Assembly: GCA_016936155.1 (NCBI GenBank)
Contig: JAFGPO010000032.1
Coordinates: 1 to 54,460, forward strand
DNA: 54,460 nt
Origin: a candidate division WOR-3 bacterium
Lineage (GTDB): Bacteria > Hydrothermota > Tepidihabitantia > SM23-42
Reading direction: 5' to 3'
Below the pieces are notes generated by a model, which was given only the letters and a program-made list of their open reading frames with translations, was not told the origin of the DNA and did not search any database. Shown here piece after piece: positions 47,694 to 54,460 of this stretch; the stretch's first letter is position 1, and each line of letters begins with the position of its first letter. The position numbers and the translations under genes are program-made.

Positions 47694-50065
47694 GCGCGCA
47701 CACTCTTTTTCTTTTTGTTGGGAAACACGATCTTCAATGCCTGATCGATGGTTTTGACGTGGATGAACGTGAGGTCCGCCTTGACCCGTTTGGGAATCTC
47801 ATTAAGGTCATGTTTGTTCTCCTGGGGCAGGAGAATGGTCTGGATGCCGGCGCGCTTTGCTGCGATGACCTTTTCCTTTATCCCGCCGACCGGGAGCACA
47901 CGGCCGGTCAGGGTGATCTCGCCGGAAAAAGCGACCGTCGGATCGATCGAGAGCGATCTGAACAACGAGGCGAGCGACATGGCGATCGCCAGGCCGGCTG
48001 AGGGCCCATCTTTCGGGATCGCTCCGGATGGCACGTGGATGTGTACATCGGAATTTTCCAGGATATCATCGGGTAATTTCCAGGTTTTCATTTTTGTCTT
48101 TAGATAAGACAGGGCGGCCTGGCATGATTCCTTCATAACATCGCCGAGCCGTCCGGTAAGGATAAGATCCTTTTTCCCGGGGAGCGTGATCGATTCGATG
48201 AACAGGATTTCGCCGCCGTACGGGGTCCATGCCAGACCGGTTGCGACCCCGATTTCACCCCGCCGTGCCGCGACTTCAGCATACGCGCGCGGCGGTCCCA
48301 GATACTTCATGACGTTTCTGTTCATCAGGTGAACCGTTTGATGTTTGCCTTCGGCGACGCGTTTCGCGACCTTCCGGCAGATCGTGCCGATCGCGCGTTC
48401 GAGGTTGCGCACGCCGGCTTCCCGGGTGTAACTGGCAATAATTTTTAAAAGGGCGGTCTTATTGAACTGGATATTTTTGGATTTCAAACCGCTTTCCGAG
48501 ATCCGGCGCGGGATCAGGTACTTGCGGGCGATCTGTATCTTCTCTTCCAAAATATACCCGGGCAGTTCGATGATCTCCATGCGGTCTTTGAGTGCCGGGA
48601 TGATCGGGTCGACGATATTCCCGGTCGCGATGAACATAACATTGGACAGGTCAAAGGGTACCTCAAGATAATGATCGGAAAAAGAGTTGTTCTGCTCTGG
48701 ATCCAACACCTCAAGGAGTGCCGAAGAGGGATCGCCGCGGAAATCCGCGCCGACCTTGTCGATCTCATCGAGCATGAAGACCGGATTATTGGTCCCGCAC
48801 ATTTTCAGCGATTGGATGATCCGGCCTGGAAGTGCCCCGACATAAGTCCTGCGGTGTCCGCGTATCTCAGCCTCGTCCTTGATGCCGCCGAGCGAGATGC
48901 GGACAAATTTTCTGCCCAGGGCGCGCGCGATCGAACGGCCCAGCGAGGTTTTCCCCACGCCGGGCGGCCCGATAAAGCAAAGGATCGTTCCCTTGGAATC
49001 AGGCTTCAGCTTTTTAACCGCAAGATATTCAAGGATGCGTTGCTTGACCTTGTCCAGGTCATAATGATCCTCATTGAGGATCTTTTCCGCGCGCTTGATG
49101 TCGAGGTTATCGTCAGTCGCCCTGGTCCACGGCAGGGTGATGAGCCAGTCAAGGTAGGTGCGCGCGACCGTGTATTCGGCGGCTTGCGGCGGCATTTTCG
49201 ACAGGCGGTCCAATTCCTTGAGCGCGACCTGTTCCGTTTCCGCCGGCATCGTAGCATCCTTGATTTTTTTGCTCAGTTCCTGGATCTCCCGGGAGTGGTC
49301 GTCGGTTTCGCCGAGTTCCTTCTGGATCGCTTTTAATTGTTCGCGCAAATAGAATTCACGCTGACCTTTGTCAAGTTCGGTCTTGACCTGTGATCGGATC
49401 TTGGCGCCGAGTTCCAGGATGCTGATCTCCTTCTGGAGCAGGGAAATGATTCTTGCAAGGCGTTCTTTAGGATCGATCGTTTCGAGCAGGCTTTGTTTTT
49501 CGTGGTAGTCGAAATTCGTGTAGCTGGCGACGAAATCGGCGAGACGTCCCGGGTCGTCGATATTGAGAATGATCGCGCCCAGTTCGTCGGGCAGGTACGG
49601 CGCGAGCGAAATGAGATTCTGAAACATGGTCGTGGTATTGCGCATCATGGCTTCGAGCGCCATGGTTTTCTTGTGCTCGCCGCCCACGATGTCGATCGAT
49701 GCCTTTAAATACGGTTCGGTCTGGATAAAGTGTTCGACTTTAAAGCGGCTCAGTCCCTTGATAAGGAGCCGGATCGTGCCATCCGGGAACCTGAGCATTT
49801 TGTTGATCTGGATGATACACCCGACCTGGAATACTTCCTCGGGCTTCGGTTCTTCGACGCTTGGATCGCGCTGAGTGAGGGCACCGGCGAGTTTATTCGT
49901 AGTCAGGATTTCATCAATGAGTTTTGCCAGTTTCGGCGTGTGGATGATGAGTGGAACCGGCTGTTCCGGGAATACCACCCCGCCCTTGATCGGGATAATG
50001 CCTATTTCATTTGGAATATCAATGATCTGTTCTTCCATAGCAGTTTTTTTCGTGTTATTATTCAT
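47690..50065 (-). CDS. lon: ATP-dependent Lon protease (LonA)
   Basis: GPPGVGKTS, RGHRRTYVGALPG, LDEIDK, PKDGPSAG, PVGGIKEK. Confidence 0.97.
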   Translation of the reverse strand: MNNNTKKTAMEEQIIDIPNEIGIIPIKGGVVFPEQPVPLIIHTPKLAKLIDEILTTNKLAGALTQRDPSVEEPKPEEVFQVGCIIQINKMLRFPDGTIRLLIKGLSRFKVEHFIQTEPYLKASIDIVGGEHKKTMALEAMMRNTTTMFQNLISLAPYLPDELGAIILNIDDPGRLADFVASYTNFDYHEKQSLLETIDPKERLARIISLLQKEISILELGAKIRSQVKTELDKGQREFYLREQLKAIQKELGETDDHSREIQELSKKIKDATMPAETEQVALKELDRLSKMPPQAAEYTVARTYLDWLITLPWTRATDDNLDIKRAEKILNEDHYDLDKVKQRILEYLAVKKLKPDSKGTILCFIGPPGVGKTSLGRSIARALGRKFVRISLGGIKDEAEIRGHRRTYVGALPGRIIQSLKMCGTNNPVFMLDEIDKVGADFRGDPSSALLEVLDPEQNNSFSDHYLEVPFDLSNVMFIATGNIVDPIIPALKDRMEIIELPGYILEEKIQIARKYLIPRRISESGLKSKNIQFNKTALLKIIASYTREAGVRNLERAIGTICRKVAKRVAEGKHQTVHLMNRNVMKYLGPPRAYAEVAARRGEIGVATGLAWTPYGGEILFIESITLPGKKDLILTGRLGDVMKESCQAALSYLKTKMKTWKLPDDILENSDVHIHVPSGAIPKDGPSAGLAIAMSLASLFRSLSIDPTVAFSGEITLTGRVLPVGGIKEKVIAAKRAGIQTILLPQENKHDLNEIPKRVKADLTFIHVKTIDQALKIVFPNKKKKSVRA

Positions 50066-50495
50066 CCTCGATCGGGATTACCCGTTCCTGGATAACCGGG
50101 AAAAAGAGCGTAAGCAAGCCATTGTACACATTGTGGCGCTGTTTGTCCGGCAGAACCGGGACCGGGAATTCAATACGCCGGAAAAACCGGCCATAAGGGA
50201 TTTCGCTGGTGTGGAACCGACAACACTCAGGGGTGAATTGGAGCGGGCGTCGCCGGGTACCGGTGATCGTAACGTGCGATTTATGGGCGTATATCAGCAC
50301 ATCCTTTAGATCGATACCGGCGATCTCGAGCGAGACGACCACTTCATCATTTAAAATGTACATGTCATAGTACGGCTGCCATTGAATGAACCCGGATTGC
50401 AGAATATTCCTGTCGATATCCGGTTCCTGATCGAGCAGGACTGTCAATCCATTGGATAGTTCGTCCTGCGGCATGTTCTTAACCGACCGCTTCAT
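50058..50495 (-). CDS. Hsp20/alpha-crystallin family small heat-shock protein
   Basis: WQPYYDMY, EIAG, EIPYGRFFRRI, YNGLL; overlaps the lon start. Confidence 0.85.
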   Translation of the reverse strand: MKRSVKNMPQDELSNGLTVLLDQEPDIDRNILQSGFIQWQPYYDMYILNDEVVVSLEIAGIDLKDVLIYAHKSHVTITGTRRRPLQFTPECCRFHTSEIPYGRFFRRIEFPVPVLPDKQRHNVYNGLLTLFFPVIQERVIPIEDE

Positions 50496-50500
50496 AGTCC

Positions 50501-50528
50501 ATTATAGCCTAAAAGCGCATGGTGTCAA
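50501..50528 (-). promoter_or_regulatory. sigma70-type promoter, leaderless (hsp20-lon operon)
   Basis: TTGACA-16-TATAAT-5-ATG. Confidence 0.8.
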
Positions 50529-50529
50529 G

Positions 50530-50551
50530 CAAGCCACGCGCGCGTGGCTTG
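50530..50551. repeat. perfect 22-bp palindrome abutting the hsp20 -35
   Basis: CAAGCCACGCG|CGCGTGGCTTG, extended by TGTCA/TGACA to 50523-50557. Confidence 0.7.
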
Positions 50552-50833
50552 ATGACAACGATGCAACAGAAAGATGACGGAGATATTTCAACACCTGATC
50601 CTCTGGTTTGCTGATATCCTTCATGCTGATATTCTGATGGCCTGATATGCTTCCTTAGAATTATCATTTCCCACTGAAGTTTTGACATTGCACCATTAAA
50701 CACTGTTTAGTGTCTGGGTTCTCTGCTTATGCCTATTCCAATTTTATGCGCATCTATGATGCGGTAGGAAAAATTGAGAATCCCGTGTTCTTTATGCGGG
50801 GATGCGTCCCTCGTAATGACACATAGGAACGCC

Positions 50834-50880
50834 TTACGCCCTACGCTATACGCTTAATTTCTCGGCCTACGGCTTAGTGC
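50834..50880 (+). repeat. dispersed 47-bp repeat (second copy)
   Basis: TTACGCCCTACGCTWTACGCTTAATTTCTCGGCCTACGGCTTAGTGC, one mismatch to 43697-43743. Confidence 0.85.
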
Positions 50881-50953
50881 TTACGGCCTTCGGTTTGCGC
50901 TCCTGGGTAGCGTTTAGCGAAGTAGCGTATCGCGTTTGCCGTGTTTTTATCCC

Positions 50954-50981
50954 TTGACACTCCGGCATTGTTTAGTATAAT
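50954..50981 (+). promoter_or_regulatory. sigma70-type promoter (S8 peptidase, long leader)
   Basis: TTGACA-16-TATAAT. Confidence 0.75.
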
Positions 50982-51153
50982 ATTTTATCTACAAAGACGA
51001 GAAGAAATACTATACTTAAGTCTCGACATTGCTCCCATTTTAAATATATGATGGGAGGGAGTGTTGCTTTACAGGAGGATTTTATATATAATAAGATCCT
51101 AAGAAAAGTAGTCTTATTGTTGTTTATATAACACACAACCACAGGAGGAAGGT

Positions 51154-54100
51154 ATGAAGAATAGGAGTGTGAAAATATTTCTTGCGTGCATGTTCATCGG
51201 CCTGCTCGCCGGGTTCATGTATGCAGGTGCGAAGAAGACAACATCAATGGCTGATAACCAAGTGTTGCAGATCAACCATCGAATTGTTACAGAATCCGAT
51301 GTTATTGACCAGGCGAACGCCAAGAACAAAATCATTGCACAAAAAGGTACTTCATATGATATTAAATTCGAACGGAGCACTAAGATCAAAACCGGTATGG
51401 TCGCTTTCCAGAAGAAACTTGCTGAATCTGGGCCTCCCTATACTGGAGAACAATATCCATTTACCGAACTTCACCCCACGCGTTTCGCTGGTTTAGATAT
51501 TCTCCCGCACGATACTCCGGACATAAAGACCAAGAGAATCGGGGAAACCTGGCATAAACCACAAGAGAATCTTTACGTGAAAGGGGAGATGCTTATTCAA
51601 CTGCATAATGATATGCGTGACAAAGTGAGCATTACGATTACGGACGGGAGCGCATCGTTCACTGTCCCCAAACTCGATGTGTTGAATTATAAGTATGGCG
51701 TATTTGATATTTCGCGCGTTATTAAAGAGAACCTTCCTCAGGGAGAGGAGTTTGGGCTGGACCTGATATTCTTGATGAAGGTCCCAGAAGACATGGATCT
51801 TGAAGCAGTATCCCAGGAATACCGGAATGTCAGCGGGGTAAAGGAAGTATCGCCAAATTATTTACCGTTCCTACACGAGGCTGATAATATTCCACGTACG
51901 ATACCCAATGATCCGTATTATGATTGGTCGGACAGCATTGTAAAGGGACCTGAATGCTGGGCGATCCCCAGGTACGGGAGTAATACGGTGAGGATTTCGA
52001 TCCTTGATATCGAGCGTTTATATGAAACTCATGCGGACCTCAGCGGAAACTATCTTGGTTTTAAAGGTGGGACGACAGGTTCTGGAGACCACGGAACAAT
52101 GTGCGCAAGCGTTGCGTGCGCTCGTTTGAACAACAGTACTGGCATGTCCGGTTTATGCGGTGGCTGGAATACGACCCAGGGAGTGCGTTGGACCGGATAT
52201 GTTTTCACGTCCGCATCAGACAATATTACCGCGATCACATGGTCAGTGAACACTGCCAGCGCTGATATACTCAGCGAGAGCATTGGCTTTGGCGGTAATC
52301 CAGCTGGTCTTGAATCAGCATTCGAGTGGGCTTGGTCACAGGGCGTGATTTCGTTCGCATCGGCGGGCAATGATGCAGCAAATCCGGAGCCAGGGTGGCC
52401 TGCCTATTACGGTATCGTAGTCGCCGTCGGCGGGTGTGACGCTACTGGTCAGCTCTGGGATTGGGGTAATGGCGTTGGCTCCAATATCGGTGAATGGGTC
52501 GATATCATCGCCCCGGGCGATGCTCAATATTGCTGTAGTTCTACCGGATATACCACGGATTACGGTGGGACATCTTTTGCGACGCCGGCAGTGGCTGCCA
52601 TTGCCGGACTCATGCTTTCGGATAATCCTTCCTTGACCCCGACGCAGATCCGGGAGCGGCTTATCAGGGCTGCTGACTATAACGAACACAAGAGCCCGGA
52701 ATATGCCGGGCTCATGGGCGCGGGTATTGCCAACTGCTATGAAGCAGTCGAGATATATAATACGAACGTGTCGGTGAATGAAATGGTCGATGTTCCAGCA
52801 TCTCCGCCTGCATATATTTCGATACATCCAAAAGCCGTGGTGCAGAACCGGGGTACAGGACTGGCTACATTTAATGTAGTAGCACAGGCTACGTTATTTG
52901 GCGTGGCATACGCGGATACCGTACAGGTGTCCAACCTACCACCGAATAACGAATACACGCAAAATGCCGAGATTGTTGAATTCAAGCAGTGGAATCCAGC
53001 CGCTGGTACATATTCGTTTAAGATCTTCGCGACCATGACTGGCGATCAAAATAGGGTGAACGATACGTTGCAGACAACGATCAACGTAGTTCCACCATCG
53101 TCAGGGAGTATTGATACTCTGGTGTATGATACTAATGCCCCTGCGTGGTATTTCAACGATGCTAACTATTATTGGGCAGTGCGTTGCAGTCCGGAACAGC
53201 CGTGCTCGGTACTTTCCATTAATTTCTTTAGTCAGGGTGCAGGAAATTACTATCTGTACACCTGGAATGACGCGTCAGGTTTACCTGGAACCGTGAAGAC
53301 AGGACCCCAGACCTATGCAAACTCTACTACCGGATGGAAAGATATTAACATTACCGGTCATCCATTTTTTAGTGGCGACTTCCATATCGGATTTCAGTGT
53401 CCAGGTGGTGCTGGTGGTCCATGGGTGATTGCCGATAATGGGCCTGGAACCGGACGGAGTAAATACTCTGCAAATGGTACTTCCTGGAATACATTCAGCG
53501 CTTATAACTGGTGCATACGCGCGATCGTAAAATATCCGCCATCAGGCGTCCATGATGTATCAATGCAATCCATTGTCACCCCTACTACCCATCAAATTAC
53601 AGCAATGCCGGTTATTCCATCCGTGATCATCAAAAATTTGGGGAGCAGTGCAGAAACCGGGTTTAACGTGACCATGAAGATTGATTCATCCGGACAACAG
53701 ATTTACACCGATACGAAAGCGATTTCCAAGACCCTGGGCAAGTTCGATGCGGATACCGTGACATTCGCCGGGTGGATGCCCAACTGGAATGGGGGAACAT
53801 ATATTTGTTCATGCTATACACAGTTAGGCACGGATCAGGATCGGAGTAATGATACATTGACCAGAGATGTGCTGTGTTCCAACACGGATACTTTGGCGAT
53901 CGATGACGGTACGGCGCGATGGTATTCAGGAGATTCTTTCTATGCGGCGTCGCGGTTCTCGATTGAACGTCCGGGGAATATTACCGGTATCATGTACTAC
54001 ATGTGGCGCCGCCGGGGTAATGCACAAACGCCTAATGTCGTGCCGTGCACACTGTTTGTGTGGGATAATGCGAGTGGTGATCCTGGTACACAAATGCACT

Positions 54101-54460
54101 CTGGTGCCCATACACCGGTTACGGCAGTGAGCACCGAGATCACGGAGTGGTTGACCTATAACATGGCATTGACACCGGTGAGTGTAAATCCGGGTGATTT
54201 CTGGATCGGGATATGGACCCCGGGTATGGTCGGTTTTAATAATCCAGGGTCAGATTCAACATTTGAGTACATCCTGTTCGATAACGAAACCGATACGTAC
54301 CGAACAAAATCCTCATTCGACAAGACGACCTGGAATACGCGCACGTTTGACTGCATGATCCGACCGATCGTCCAGTACACGGGATCGGTGAACAGTCATG
54401 ATGTGATGACTAAGGAGATTGATGAACCGGGAATGCTCGTGAGTACACTGCGTGAATATC
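51154..54460 (+). CDS. large secreted S8 (subtilase) peptidase with prodomain and Ig/CARDB-like C-terminal modules; 3' truncated by window end
   Basis: Translated by hand (not in ORF track): AGGAGG RBS, MKNRSVKIFLACMFIG signal, YVKGEMLIQ prodomain, PNDP, triad ILD (52006) / HGTMCAS (52090) / GTSFATP (52573), oxyanion SAGN; frame open at 54460. Confidence 0.92.
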   Translation, partial: MKNRSVKIFLACMFIGLLAGFMYAGAKKTTSMADNQVLQINHRIVTESDVIDQANAKNKIIAQKGTSYDIKFERSTKIKTGMVAFQKKLAESGPPYTGEQYPFTELHPTRFAGLDILPHDTPDIKTKRIGETWHKPQENLYVKGEMLIQLHNDMRDKVSITITDGSASFTVPKLDVLNYKYGVFDISRVIKENLPQGEEFGLDLIFLMKVPEDMDLEAVSQEYRNVSGVKEVSPNYLPFLHEADNIPRTIPNDPYYDWSDSIVKGPECWAIPRYGSNTVRISILDIERLYETHADLSGNYLGFKGGTTGSGDHGTMCASVACARLNNSTGMSGLCGGWNTTQGVRWTGYVFTSASDNITAITWSVNTASADILSESIGFGGNPAGLESAFEWAWSQGVISFASAGNDAANPEPGWPAYYGIVVAVGGCDATGQLWDWGNGVGSNIGEWVDIIAPGDAQYCCSSTGYTTDYGGTSFATPAVAAIAGLMLSDNPSLTPTQIRERLIRAADYNEHKSPEYAGLMGAGIANCYEAVEIYNTNVSVNEMVDVPASPPAYISIHPKAVVQNRGTGLATFNVVAQATLFGVAYADTVQVSNLPPNNEYTQNAEIVEFKQWNPAAGTYSFKIFATMTGDQNRVNDTLQTTINVVPPSSGSIDTLVYDTNAPAWYFNDANYYWAVRCSPEQPCSVLSINFFSQGAGNYYLYTWNDASGLPGTVKTGPQTYANSTTGWKDINITGHPFFSGDFHIGFQCPGGAGGPWVIADNGPGTGRSKYSANGTSWNTFSAYNWCIRAIVKYPPSGVHDVSMQSIVTPTTHQITAMPVIPSVIIKNLGSSAETGFNVTMKIDSSGQQIYTDTKAISKTLGKFDADTVTFAGWMPNWNGGTYICSCYTQLGTDQDRSNDTLTRDVLCSNTDTLAIDDGTARWYSGDSFYAASRFSIERPGNITGIMYYMWRRRGNAQTPNVVPCTLFVWDNASGDPGTQMHSGAHTPVTAVSTEITEWLTYNMALTPVSVNPGDFWIGIWTPGMVGFNNPGSDSTFEYILFDNETDTYRTKSSFDKTTWNTRTFDCMIRPIVQYTGSVNSHDVMTKEIDEPGMLVSTLREY

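Noticed and set aside
51114-54380. Short ORFs listed in the last 3.3 kb
   Set aside because: They are shadow or alternate-frame ORFs of the long S8 peptidase frame starting at 51154.

Overview
This 54.5 kb window is ordinary chromosomal DNA from a diderm bacterium. The gene mix (PorV-like barrel, T9SS/FlgD-Ig-type C-terminal domains, GWxTD proteins, archaeal-type FBP aldolase/phosphatase) suggests an FCB-related candidate phylum such as WOR-3; this is inference only. Housekeeping genes are leuS, holA, metG-tatD-rsmA, gyrA-dCMP deaminase, hsp20-lon, a second LonC-like protease and fbp. Also present are sugar ABC permeases, secreted proteins and a large S8 peptidase that runs off the 3' end and is missing from the ORF track. 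No rRNA, tRNA, CRISPR or intact transposase was seen. Highlights: (1) a 1620-aa kinase-STAND-TPR-GAF-sigma54 activator lies upstream of a sigma54 promoter driving a secreted poly-proline peptide and an Sm-like miniprotein, with one 17-bp palindrome present both at the enhancer position and at the activator's own promoter, making a candidate peptide autoinduction circuit; (2) an uncharacterised four-gene membrane operon; (3) a uniform promoter grammar (mostly 16-bp spacer) with at least 12 apparently leaderless genes; (4) very short, uncharged signal peptides; (5) a STAND-TPR-SARP regulator with SARP-like boxes before a secreted protein; (6) intergenic mosaics of REP-like palindromes, 7-9-mer tandem repeats and a nested MITE.
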